Assembly: GCA_024698705.1 (NCBI GenBank)
Contig: JAILQX010000017.1
Coordinates: 13,988 to 77,987, forward strand
Length of the DNA: 64,000 nt
DNA from: Lachnospiraceae bacterium
GTDB lineage: Bacteria > Bacillota > Clostridia > Lachnospirales > Lachnospiraceae
Direction: 5' to 3'
Part shown: piece after piece, positions 8,338 through 17,240 of the stretch
Layout: each line of letters opens with the position of its first letter
How positions within the stretch are numbered: position 1 is the stretch's first letter
The notes under the pieces: generated by a model
Database searches by the model: none
The model's input: only the letters and a program-made list of their open reading frames with translations
What the model was told of the DNA's origin: nothing
Program-made: the position numbers and the translations under genes

Positions 8338-9882
8338 TCACCTTCCGGGCTTTCGCATGCCCTGCAATACAGCGAGCAGTACCTTGAACACATCCGTATT
8401 GTCCAGTACGACGATGGCAAGTTCCTTTCTTGCCCTGTTTAGCCCATGGAACAGGTTCCTTACCGGTGATTCATCACCCTCATACCTTGCACGCAGGCTT
8501 CCGTCACCGTCATAATAGAACATATCATCCATAAGCATAACCACTTTATCATATTCCTGACGGCTTGAAAAGTACACTTCCACGCTTCTCGGGGACGTTA
8601 TTCGGGTATAATCGTGCAAATAAACCTCGTTATTTCCGCAGCCGATATCATTTATCAGATCATCGTACACATAAGTGTAATCGTCAGCCATGTAAGAGTT
8701 GATGAGCTTGCGGGCTTCATCGGCATCATTTGCCCAAAGAAGTGACACTGAAGGATATTCCTTGCGATGGTTCATCCTCGTTCCCTGCATCACGCACTGG
8801 ATAAATGACGACAGCTCACTGTTGGTCCTTATCCTGTTGGTGAGCCTGTAATCGGCATAGCCTTCCAGGCCATCTATCCTCCCAACGATATCAGTTGAAA
8901 ATTCTTTCTTTGAGATCACTTTTTCGCTGTCATAACAAAAGATAACAGGCACTTTTAACCTGACAGCATTTGATACTATATGATCAAGCACGTTAACATC
9001 CATGCGGTGAGCCTCGTCGGCAAGTATCGCGGAATAATCATCCAATCCCGGCAGGAAAACACCGTTTTTGCCGTCATAAAAATCTATACGCTTCAGTCTG
9101 CTGTCCAGATGTTTAAGTTCATCGGAAAATGCTCCGCAATGAAATATACATACCTTCTGCTTCTCGGACAGTTTCATGGCTATATCGTACAAAAGCAGAG
9201 TCTTACCCGTTCCGGGAAGACCCGTAAAGCCCTGAAAACAACCGCCCTCAGCCTGTATCTTCTTGAGTATCCTGCGTTTAATGTCCTTCTGACCTGAAGT
9301 AAGAAAATATTCGTTCTGAAGAAATCTGTCCGGATCGTCCAGAGGTGATATGATGTATCTCTCCTCCTTGAAAAGCTCCTCTATGTTGTCCTCGTAGCAA
9401 TGCTTCTGCTTTGCGAGTTCGTTGCACAACTCTTCCCATCCGGCATTCACTATCCTGCCGCTGTTCGTCAGCCTTACAAGCCTGTCAACGGCACTTATGT
9501 AGGTATAAGACCTGATATTGATACCGAGAGTAGACAGATAATATCTGTTCTGCTCCAGTTGTTTCTGTATCTGTTCATCACTTACCGGCTTGCTCTTAAG
9601 CTCGATATTGATGACCGTATCCTCCGAAATACGAAGGAGATCGAACTCCTTTCCAAGTTTCGGGATCTGAAATGAATAATAGAACTTATAACCCGAAGCC
9701 TCCGGTAAAAAAGCCATAAGGTGCTCTACCAGCTGTTCAAGTCCTGTCATTTCCCAGCTTTTTACGGCGATATGACCTGCTCTTGAAGACATCTGGCGTT
9801 CCATCCTGCCAAGGACCGAATTAAGTTCGTCATTTGGCATGGATAATACACGTGTCAATGCATATATATTTACCGGTTTCAA
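8338..9882 (-). CDS. NERD/PD-(D/E)XK-like nuclease fused to a P-loop SF1 helicase-like domain (DUF2075-like)
   Basis: EFDLL...NIELKS nuclease-like motif; Walker A GLPGTGKT; Walker B LADEAH; C-terminal QEYDKV and LFHGLNRARKEL; TTG start. Confidence 0.7.
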   Translation of the reverse strand: MKPVNIYALTRVLSMPNDELNSVLGRMERQMSSRAGHIAVKSWEMTGLEQLVEHLMAFLPEASGYKFYYSFQIPKLGKEFDLLRISEDTVINIELKSKPVSDEQIQKQLEQNRYYLSTLGINIRSYTYISAVDRLVRLTNSGRIVNAGWEELCNELAKQKHCYEDNIEELFKEERYIISPLDDPDRFLQNEYFLTSGQKDIKRRILKKIQAEGGCFQGFTGLPGTGKTLLLYDIAMKLSEKQKVCIFHCGAFSDELKHLDSRLKRIDFYDGKNGVFLPGLDDYSAILADEAHRMDVNVLDHIVSNAVRLKVPVIFCYDSEKVISKKEFSTDIVGRIDGLEGYADYRLTNRIRTNSELSSFIQCVMQGTRMNHRKEYPSVSLLWANDADEARKLINSYMADDYTYVYDDLINDIGCGNNEVYLHDYTRITSPRSVEVYFSSRQEYDKVVMLMDDMFYYDGDGSLRARYEGDESPVRNLFHGLNRARKELAIVVLDNTDVFKVLLAVLQGMRKPGR

Positions 9883-9924
9883 TCTGAGTTTCCTTTCGTC
9901 TAAGTGCTACAGTACTTCATCAGA

Positions 9925-10002
9925 CTCTGCAACACCTCGGTTGCTTATCATTAGGCTCTACAGCACTTCGGTCGCTTATCATTAGGCTCTACAACACTTC
10001 AG
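9925..10002. repeat. 31-bp tandem repeat (2.5 copies) containing the last codons and stop of the DAHP synthase gene
   Basis: CTCTGCAACACCTCGGTTGCTTATCATTAGG / CTCTACAGCACTTCGGTCGCTTATCATTAGG / CTCTACAACACTTCAG. Confidence 0.9.
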
Positions 10003-11020
10003 CCATCTCATATATCATACGTTCTGTTTTTTCCCAGCCGATGCAGGGATCGGTTATAGACTTGCCGTAAACGGTTCCTCCGACTTCCTGTGCACCGTCT
10101 TCTATATAGCTCTCAACCATGAAGCCCTTGACGTGCTTTCCTATCGTTTCATTGTGTCTGCAGCTATGAAGCACTTCCTTGATTATCCTTGACTGCTCAA
10201 ATGGATTTTTGTTCGAGTTGGAGTGGTTTGTATCGACCACTATGGCCGGGTTGGCCAGTCCCTTATCCGCATACAGATCGCAGATATTTATCAGATCCTC
10301 ATAATGATAATTGGGGATGTTCTGACCATGTTTATTGGTATATCCTCTGAGGATAACATGCGCATACGGATTTCCGGGTGAATGAACCTGCCAGCCTCTG
10401 TAAATAAAAGTATGCTTGCTCTGTGCTGCAAGTAAAGAGTTCATCATGACCAGATTATCACCGCTTGTCGGATTCTTCATACCGACAGGTATTCCGACAC
10501 CGCTTGCCGTCAGTCTGTGCTGCTGGTTCTCAACGCTTCTTGCGCCTACGGCTACATATGCGAGCAGGTCATCAAGATACTTGTGATTCTCAGGATAAAG
10601 CATCTCATCGGCACATGCGAATCCTGTTTCATTTACCGCTCTCATGTGCAACTCTCTTGTGGCAATGATACCTTTGAACAGATCTGATTTCTGTGTTGGA
10701 TCGGGCTGATGCAGAAGTCCCTTATAACCCTTGCCCGTGGTCCTCGGTTTGTTGGTATATATCCTCGGCACGATAAGTATCTTATCCTTGACCTTATCCT
10801 GAACCGGAATGAGTCTCGATATATAATCCATGACACTGTCTTCCCTGTCAGCGGAACACGGTCCGATCACCAACAATTTCTTATCACTTCTTCCGTCAAG
10901 GATCTGCTTGATCTCACCGATCTTCCGCTCAACTATCTGAGTACTCTCCTGCGTAAGCGGATACATCTCCTTAACTTCCATAGGTATGGCAAGCTTTCTT
11001 TCAAATTCCATATCCATCAT
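9989..11020 (-). CDS. aroF: 3-deoxy-7-phosphoheptulonate (DAHP) synthase, class I
   Basis: VIGPCS, KPRTTGKGYKG, VGARSVENQQHR, GMKNPTSG, VDTNHSNS, SITDPCIGW. Confidence 0.93.
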   Translation of the reverse strand: MMDMEFERKLAIPMEVKEMYPLTQESTQIVERKIGEIKQILDGRSDKKLLVIGPCSADREDSVMDYISRLIPVQDKVKDKILIVPRIYTNKPRTTGKGYKGLLHQPDPTQKSDLFKGIIATRELHMRAVNETGFACADEMLYPENHKYLDDLLAYVAVGARSVENQQHRLTASGVGIPVGMKNPTSGDNLVMMNSLLAAQSKHTFIYRGWQVHSPGNPYAHVILRGYTNKHGQNIPNYHYEDLINICDLYADKGLANPAIVVDTNHSNSNKNPFEQSRIIKEVLHSCRHNETIGKHVKGFMVESYIEDGAQEVGGTVYGKSITDPCIGWEKTERMIYEMAEVL

Positions 11021-11130
11021 AATTCCAAATACTCCAATCTATTGATAAATATAATATGTCAGATAAAATCAATATGGATATTTTAATTAGTTTCCTGTCA
11101 AAATACAACAATTTTTTGCATGAGTCTAAA

Positions 11131-11241
11131 GAAGAATCTTCTGTGTGGTTTTCGGTGGATTCTTTTGTATGGTTTTCGGTGGATTCTTTTGTATGGTTTT
11201 CGGTGGATTTTTTTACATGGTTTGCATTGGAATCTTTTGCG
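11131..11241. repeat. 24-bp tandem repeat, 3 near-perfect copies plus degenerate flanking copies
   Basis: TGGTTTTCGGTGGATTCTTTTGTA at 11146 and 11170, a variant at 11194, degenerate copies at 11218 and about 11131. Confidence 0.92.
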
Positions 11242-11303
11242 TCGATTGGCAATAAAATAAGTTTTGAAAGCTCGCGACATATATTTCCAATAAATTAGCT
11301 ATT

Positions 11304-11780
11304 TTATCTGTTCTTTTTCCTCTAATCTACCGGTTTTCGAGGGCTAGGACAGATAATTCCTTCGGATTGGCTACTTTATCTGTTCTTTTTCCTCTAATCT
11401 ACCTGTTTTCGAGGGTTTGAACAGATAATTCCTTAGGATTGGCTGTTTTATCTGTTCTTTTTCCTCTAATCTACCGGTTTTCGAGGGCTGGGACAGATAA
11501 TTCCTTTGAATCGGCTGTTTTATCTGTCCGCTCACCCACAGGAAGCTTGATTCTCTTGGGTTTGAACAGATAATTCCTCCGAATCGGCTGTTTTATCTGT
11601 TCTTTTTCCTCTATTCTACCGGTTTTCGAAGGTTTGAACAGATAATTCCTCCGGATTGGCTGCTTTATCTGTTCTTTTTCCTCTAATCTACCTGTTTTCG
11701 AGGGCTGGGACAGATAATTCCTACGGATTGGCTGTTTTATCTGTCCGCTCACCCCCCTCTGATCTATCGGTTTCGAGGGC
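11304..11780. repeat. 72-bp-period tandem array of palindromic 39-nt elements (6 complete plus 1 half)
   Basis: TTATCTGT starts at 11304, 11376, 11448, 11520, 11593, 11665, 11737. Each later copy is preceded 29 nt earlier by G(G/A)ACAGATAA. Confidence 0.95.
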
Positions 11781-11791
11781 TGATTTATCGT

Positions 11792-14728
11792 CTACTGCAC
11801 ATTATATTTGCTGAGGATGCGGGCATCCGGCTGGTAGCTGCCGAGTTCCTCGGCTGCACGTTTTATGATCTCATCATAACTGAGTACAGGTGAAGAGAAC
11901 ATGGCGGACGTAGTGATAAATGTCAGCTTGTCTTCCTTCCTGTTGTAGCCCTTTACAAAATAGATCTCAGCGATCTCCTCCATGTCAGGATTGAGGAGCA
12001 GGCTCGTATTGGCTTTTATCAGATAGTTGCCGTTTGCAGGCATGCTGATGACATCCCAGATGCGGCCGTAATCTCCGTATGAAGTCTTGACAAGATCACA
12101 TGTACCGGCATCATAGATCTGCATTGTGTTCGAATTGTAGACTATGAACAGGTACTTACCGTCGCTCGAATACATGATACTGCTTACAACACCGTAATCA
12201 CCCATGATCTCCTTATAAGGCTTTGTATCACCTTTGTTATATATGTATATCTTCTTGGATTTTGAATCACAGACTGCCGCATGACTGCCGTCTGCCGAGC
12301 AGGCCACATCATCACTGATGAGCCTGAAACCGGTGATATCGATCTTGATACCGGCATCTTCACCGGTCCTTGTATTCTTAAATTCCACGTATTCATTGCC
12401 GTCATCAGTTGTAAAATATCCGAGATAATTGCCGTCTCCGTATACCTCGAGATCATACAGATAAATATCATCACCAAATTCTATAGTCTTACTGTGCTTC
12501 TTTTCCGCAATATCGTAATATTCCAGAGCTTCCCGTCCGAATAACACAAAACCGTCATCGCCGTCACCCACATAGTTGAAGCGATAGTTTGGCGTCTTAA
12601 ACTCGTCTATCAATGAGGCATCCAATGTATCATAAAGTGATACCGTGAATTCATCATCTCCCGTTTCGGTCAGGATGACTCCGTATTTCAGGTTGTCAGA
12701 TGTGTAATCATAGTTGGCAACATTGGCTGTAAATTCCACATTGGGGCTCTTCAGATATTCATACAACGTGACATAATTCCTGCCCTGAGTTGCAAGGAAA
12801 AGCTTTCCCTTAGCCATACAGCTGTCTTTGACCTTGCCGTTGATCTCATATTCATACAGCGAACTGTCAAGGACCAGTCCGTTTTCAAGGACATATCTGT
12901 TGATAGTACCGTCCTTCGTGATAAGGACTTCAAATTTACCGCCGCTGAGCGGGAATGAATCCACTACCGCCGAGCTCAGACCGCTGTTATAATAGACCGA
13001 TCCGTCATAAGGGCTCAGAGTAAAAGGTCCGTCTGAATCCCTCGCGTAGAGGAAATCCTCTTCTTCGCCTTCGTAATAACGCATGTCGTATAAGAATGAT
13101 GCGATCAGTTGATTATTTGTAAATGCTATCTTTCCCTCATCCATGTTTATTCCGATGATCACACACTGATACTCTATGTAATTGCCGGTCGAGGTCGCAC
13201 TTACATAAGCCATATTGTCATGCATGCACATGGTTGTATAATAATCGCCTTCCGGTCCGAGGTATACATTTTGGATCATGTCACCACTGTCGGTATCATA
13301 TACCACGAAATAATTCTTTTCATCTTCCATCAGACCAACACTTACAATGATACCGAACTTACTGCCGTCATCGGAAAATGATGCCGTTATCATATTGGCG
13401 TAATTTTCTTCCGCAAAGTCACCTTCCCACGAGATCATCGGCTTTGTGTATTCAGCCTTTGCCGTAGCCGTATCGATCAGTATGATGTCATCGTTTACAA
13501 CCATGCATTTCGAATGATCACTGTTAAAAAAGGCCTTACCGACATGATCGGAAATATATGTTTTATTTCCGGACGGTATGTCATATATGTATTCACCTTC
13601 TTCGTCGAAAGTTAAGATGGCATCATCATTGAGAAACTTGATGTAGTCCATGTTATTAAACAGATCACCGACACTGAGACCTGCGACTTCTTCTCCGCTC
13701 TCCACATCCCAGATGACCAGATTATAACTCTCATTGAGTGCCGCGATATGTACTCCCCCGGGTGATACGGTGATCCCGGTAACTCCCGAACCCGCATCAA
13801 AATTTGCCATGGGCATGTACAGATCACCTGACGAATAGCAGCCGAGTGCCTTGGTCATGGCCTTCTGTGCTTCTGCGGCGTAAGGTATGTTATCATTGGC
13901 CGGATCTTTGGGCATCGAGTAATAAAGAGCGTAGAGCGCTTCCATCCTTCGTCCCTCGCTCATGATCGTATCCGAAGCATCGGCCATGCTTATCTCGTAT
14001 TTTTTCAGTGATTCTTTGTATTGCTGCTCTATCTCACCGGCCTGACGGCTGATCTCAACGTTCTGTGCCGCTATTTCCTCAGACTGCTTTTTGATCTTGT
14101 GTGCAGTTATAGCACTGTATGTTCCGAATGCAAGTACAACAGCCATGACAGCCGAGCCTATGGCCAGTATCCTGTGCATCCTCTGTTCACGATGCCTCTG
14201 CTTGAGGTCGTCAAAATTAAGACCGAACATGGGGGCTAAAAGCCTGAGGCCCTCGTCTTTCATCCTCTTTTTGATCTCGTCCCGGTTTGCTCCCCTGAAA
14301 TCCGCTGCAAGCGGTTCACAGAGAATACCCTCCTCATCCTTTAAAAGCTCTTCGGGAAATGAATCGGCCGGCTCGCCTTCAGCCAGCACAACAAATACAT
14401 GCTCCCTGCCATGCATTTTCATGAAAGTCTCTATCTCCTTGCGGCACCACAGAGACTCCTTGAGCCTTGGCGTACAGATGACTATGAGATTACTTGAATT
14501 CTTCAGTGCCTCAGTGATCGGATCGCCGAGATTGGCTACAAGCGGCAGTTCCTCCTGATCCCTGAATACCCTGCTTATCTTTGCGGGCAGGTCGGGATGC
14601 GCCTTTCTGACAGAGCGCGGCAGTTTGAAACTCTCCAGATACTTATGAAGTGTCTTCGCAACAAACATATCCAGTTCGCAATGTCTGTAGCTTATAAATG
14701 CGTCATAATGTATGTTTTCCAGATTCAT
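11792..14728 (-). CDS. TIR-domain protein: N-terminal TIR, one TM helix, coiled coil, C-terminal WD40/beta-propeller
   Basis: YDAFISYRH, VFRDQEEL, SLWCRKEI (catalytic Glu position); TM RILAIGSAVMAVVLAFGTYSAI; propeller-like repeats such as ITVSPGGVHIAA...LVIWDV and IMYSSDGKYL...MQIYDA. Confidence 0.85.
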   Translation of the reverse strand: MNLENIHYDAFISYRHCELDMFVAKTLHKYLESFKLPRSVRKAHPDLPAKISRVFRDQEELPLVANLGDPITEALKNSSNLIVICTPRLKESLWCRKEIETFMKMHGREHVFVVLAEGEPADSFPEELLKDEEGILCEPLAADFRGANRDEIKKRMKDEGLRLLAPMFGLNFDDLKQRHREQRMHRILAIGSAVMAVVLAFGTYSAITAHKIKKQSEEIAAQNVEISRQAGEIEQQYKESLKKYEISMADASDTIMSEGRRMEALYALYYSMPKDPANDNIPYAAEAQKAMTKALGCYSSGDLYMPMANFDAGSGVTGITVSPGGVHIAALNESYNLVIWDVESGEEVAGLSVGDLFNNMDYIKFLNDDAILTFDEEGEYIYDIPSGNKTYISDHVGKAFFNSDHSKCMVVNDDIILIDTATAKAEYTKPMISWEGDFAEENYANMITASFSDDGSKFGIIVSVGLMEDEKNYFVVYDTDSGDMIQNVYLGPEGDYYTTMCMHDNMAYVSATSTGNYIEYQCVIIGINMDEGKIAFTNNQLIASFLYDMRYYEGEEEDFLYARDSDGPFTLSPYDGSVYYNSGLSSAVVDSFPLSGGKFEVLITKDGTINRYVLENGLVLDSSLYEYEINGKVKDSCMAKGKLFLATQGRNYVTLYEYLKSPNVEFTANVANYDYTSDNLKYGVILTETGDDEFTVSLYDTLDASLIDEFKTPNYRFNYVGDGDDGFVLFGREALEYYDIAEKKHSKTIEFGDDIYLYDLEVYGDGNYLGYFTTDDGNEYVEFKNTRTGEDAGIKIDITGFRLISDDVACSADGSHAAVCDSKSKKIYIYNKGDTKPYKEIMGDYGVVSSIMYSSDGKYLFIVYNSNTMQIYDAGTCDLVKTSYGDYGRIWDVISMPANGNYLIKANTSLLLNPDMEEIAEIYFVKGYNRKEDKLTFITTSAMFSSPVLSYDEIIKRAAEELGSYQPDARILSKYNVQ

Positions 14729-14739
14729 TTAGATCCCCC

Positions 14740-16245
14740 TTAAGCCTCTTCATACGTTTTAGCAAATATCTTTCCTTCGATTATGTATATATCATCATTG
14801 TCATCTATCCTGGCCGCCATATAATCATGTTGGCGACCCAGCATATAATTCTGGTTATCCCATGAAGTAAATACCTTTACGGTCTTATCCAGTTCTTTTG
14901 CAAGTATGTAGTTTGTCTGTGTCGAACGGCACGGTCTGATGTAATCCCTCAGTTCTTTCATCTCTCCGGTGATCCTGTTCCTGATCGTAGGTGTGTAGGA
15001 TACATCGCATTCGTACGGCTCATCCACTATCATGTATGTGCTGTCGAACTTTTCTTTTCTGATCGGATATACTTCTCCGACTATTCCGACCATTATGTAT
15101 GTGTTTTCATCTATAACGGTGTTGATATCGCCTTCCAATGTCCTTACCGTTATGAGTGTGTCCTTGGGCCAGAATTCCGAAGGATCCACCATACCGATGA
15201 TGATAGGCTTCTTTACGTATTTTTTGAATTCACTCGGATCGATCTTGTATCGTCCCGCATATATCACTTCACTGCTTGCGAAATACCTGTTCATCGCATT
15301 TCCTATATATGCATCGATATCGAGTTCCTTATAGACACTCTCCATCCTGTTTTTGGCGATAAATCCGCCTGCCTTGTCAATGTGACCGCCTCCGTTGCCT
15401 ATATCGGCCGTCAGGAATTCTATCAGCTCATCCGCGTGCACTTCCTTTACACAGCTTCTGACAGAGAATTTATAACCGCCCGATTCCTCGTTAAATACCA
15501 CGCATATGTCTATCACATCCACCTGAAGCAGGAAATCCGCAATAAGTCCGAGGATATTGGGATCGCAGGGCTGAGAATGGATGATCGCGTATCTTCTGTC
15601 GGGATTGTAGACATATCTGATCAGTGCCACTCCCGCTATTTCCAGTTCTCTTAAGGAAATATTGGAGTTGACGAGCAATGATATCACCGACTGGTCATAT
15701 GCAAGAGAATCCTGCATATCGCGATCCAGAGGGTGTTTCATTTCCGCAAAATTACTTGTATCCGTCATCAGCCCATAATACAGAGCCGTTGCCAGTTTTG
15801 AGTTCATATTGACATTAAAGCCCTCGTATCCGAGCAGCTGCCATACAAGTGTCGAGCAGCTTCCCAGTTCGGAACGTATCTCCGTCATGTCCATGGCCGC
15901 CAACGGTGAAGGTGATGACTGATGATGGTCGATTATTGCCAGGCTATCGTATTCAAAGGGGGTCACATTGCTTTCTCCCTCCTGGCAGTCCACGGTTATC
16001 AGGAGGCCGTCGATATGCATCCTCTTGTCATCTATATAAGTTACAGGTATGGAGAATTCTTTTAGCATCAGTTTAAGATTGGATTTCTGGATCTCATTTC
16101 TTCCGCCGTAGATTATCCTGACGTCCTTTCCCTGATCTCTGAAATACAGGTAAAGTCCGTATGCTGACGCCAATGCATCCGCATCCGGATTATCATGGCA
16201 CTGAAGTGTTATCTTGTCGTATTTTTTCAGATCTGAAAGTCTCAT
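14740..16245 (-). CDS. DHH/DHHA1 family phosphoesterase with a duplicated C-terminal accessory domain
   Basis: HDNPDADA, TVDCQ, IIDHH, GLMTDT, GGGHIDKAGG; the C-terminal ~160 aa contain two similar repeats. Confidence 0.88.
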   Translation of the reverse strand: MRLSDLKKYDKITLQCHDNPDADALASAYGLYLYFRDQGKDVRIIYGGRNEIQKSNLKLMLKEFSIPVTYIDDKRMHIDGLLITVDCQEGESNVTPFEYDSLAIIDHHQSSPSPLAAMDMTEIRSELGSCSTLVWQLLGYEGFNVNMNSKLATALYYGLMTDTSNFAEMKHPLDRDMQDSLAYDQSVISLLVNSNISLRELEIAGVALIRYVYNPDRRYAIIHSQPCDPNILGLIADFLLQVDVIDICVVFNEESGGYKFSVRSCVKEVHADELIEFLTADIGNGGGHIDKAGGFIAKNRMESVYKELDIDAYIGNAMNRYFASSEVIYAGRYKIDPSEFKKYVKKPIIIGMVDPSEFWPKDTLITVRTLEGDINTVIDENTYIMVGIVGEVYPIRKEKFDSTYMIVDEPYECDVSYTPTIRNRITGEMKELRDYIRPCRSTQTNYILAKELDKTVKVFTSWDNQNYMLGRQHDYMAARIDDNDDIYIIEGKIFAKTYEEA

Positions 16246-16357
16246 ATATTTCCCCCATCTTTAGAACATCGGCCGATTTTCGCATAATATTTTATTGTAT
16301 TATACTATAAAAACTCAGGTAATACATTATTTATGATCAAATCTTAAGAGTTAACGA

Positions 16358-16386
16358 TTGTATTGGACGGGGCAAAATAATATAAT
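16358..16386 (+). promoter_or_regulatory. Putative sigma-70 promoter for the aquaporin gene
   Basis: TTGTAT-17 bp-TATAAT. Confidence 0.5.
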
Positions 16387-16472
16387 AATAGATGTGGGTA
16401 TATTATTATCAGGTCAGTTCTCTGACCATGTATACTGCGCCGTATCGGCGTTTACAAAAGGAGGTAGAGTAA

Positions 16473-17156
16473 ATGAAAAAGTACATTGCTGAATTTATCG
16501 GCACATGTGTATTGGTTGTTATGGGTTGTGGTACGGCAATGCTGGTAGGCTGTGATGCCGCAAACGGAAGCGGCTATCTGCTGACTGCACTTGCATTTGG
16601 TCTGACCATCGTAGGTATGGCTTACTGTGTCGGCAATATTTCCGGCTGTCATATCAATCCCGCTGTTTCACTCGGTGTATTCATGAGCGGCGGTATGGAC
16701 GGCAAGGATTTCTGCTGTTACGTAGTATCGCAGATCCTCGGTGCCATCGCAGGCACGGGCATTCTCGCAGCCATATTTAATCTCGGTGCTGTTCCCGACA
16801 TGACAGGCGGCTACGGCTCCAACGGACTTGCCGGAGTAAGCGGAAGCGCTGTCGCAGGTCTTCTGGTTGAGATCGTTCTTACATTCATCTTCGTTATGAC
16901 CATTCTCGGCGTTACTTCAAAGAAAGCCGGCCATGGTTCTTTCGGAGGACTGATCATCGGTCTCACACTTACACTTGTACATATCCTCGGCATCGGCCTC
17001 ACAGGTACTAGCGTTAACCCCGCAAGAAGTATAGGTCCCGCTCTTTTCGCAGGCGGTGACGCACTTTCAAGCCTTTGGGTATTTATCGTAGGCCCTCTTG
17101 CAGGCGCAGCTATCGCAGCACTTGTCTACAAGGCACTCGAAGCAGAGAAGAAATGA
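16473..17156 (+). CDS. aqpZ: MIP family channel (aquaporin Z-like)
   Basis: Two NPA motifs (GCHINPAVS, TSVNPARS); AAAGGAGG SD. Confidence 0.9.
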   Translation: MKKYIAEFIGTCVLVVMGCGTAMLVGCDAANGSGYLLTALAFGLTIVGMAYCVGNISGCHINPAVSLGVFMSGGMDGKDFCCYVVSQILGAIAGTGILAAIFNLGAVPDMTGGYGSNGLAGVSGSAVAGLLVEIVLTFIFVMTILGVTSKKAGHGSFGGLIIGLTLTLVHILGIGLTGTSVNPARSIGPALFAGGDALSSLWVFIVGPLAGAAIAALVYKALEAEKK

Positions 17157-17204
17157 TCCGTTTGGTGTGATTTAACATCTGTTTATATACGTTTATAAAA
17201 ATCC

Positions 17205-17230
17205 AAAAGACCGCCTCCGGGCGGTCTTTT
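17205..17230. terminator. Bidirectional intrinsic terminator between convergent genes
   Basis: AAAAGACCGCC-TCCG-GGCGGTCTTTT. Confidence 0.85.
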
Positions 17231-17240
17231 AGTTTATCTT

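Noticed and set aside
11021-11300. T-box or attenuator leader for aroF
   Set aside because: No T-box consensus, no terminator/antiterminator pair and no aromatic-rich leader peptide with an SD could be found.
11471-11752. 93-aa repeat protein (QIKQPIRRNYL...)
   Set aside because: A by-product of the 72-bp period. The frame shifts at the 73-bp unit, there is no SD, and the conservation pattern follows base pairing rather than codons.
11304-11780. CRISPR array
   Set aside because: The period and palindromic repeats fit, but the 'spacers' are near-identical to each other (two types), the repeats vary internally, and there are no cas genes or clear leader. Kept as a structured repeat.
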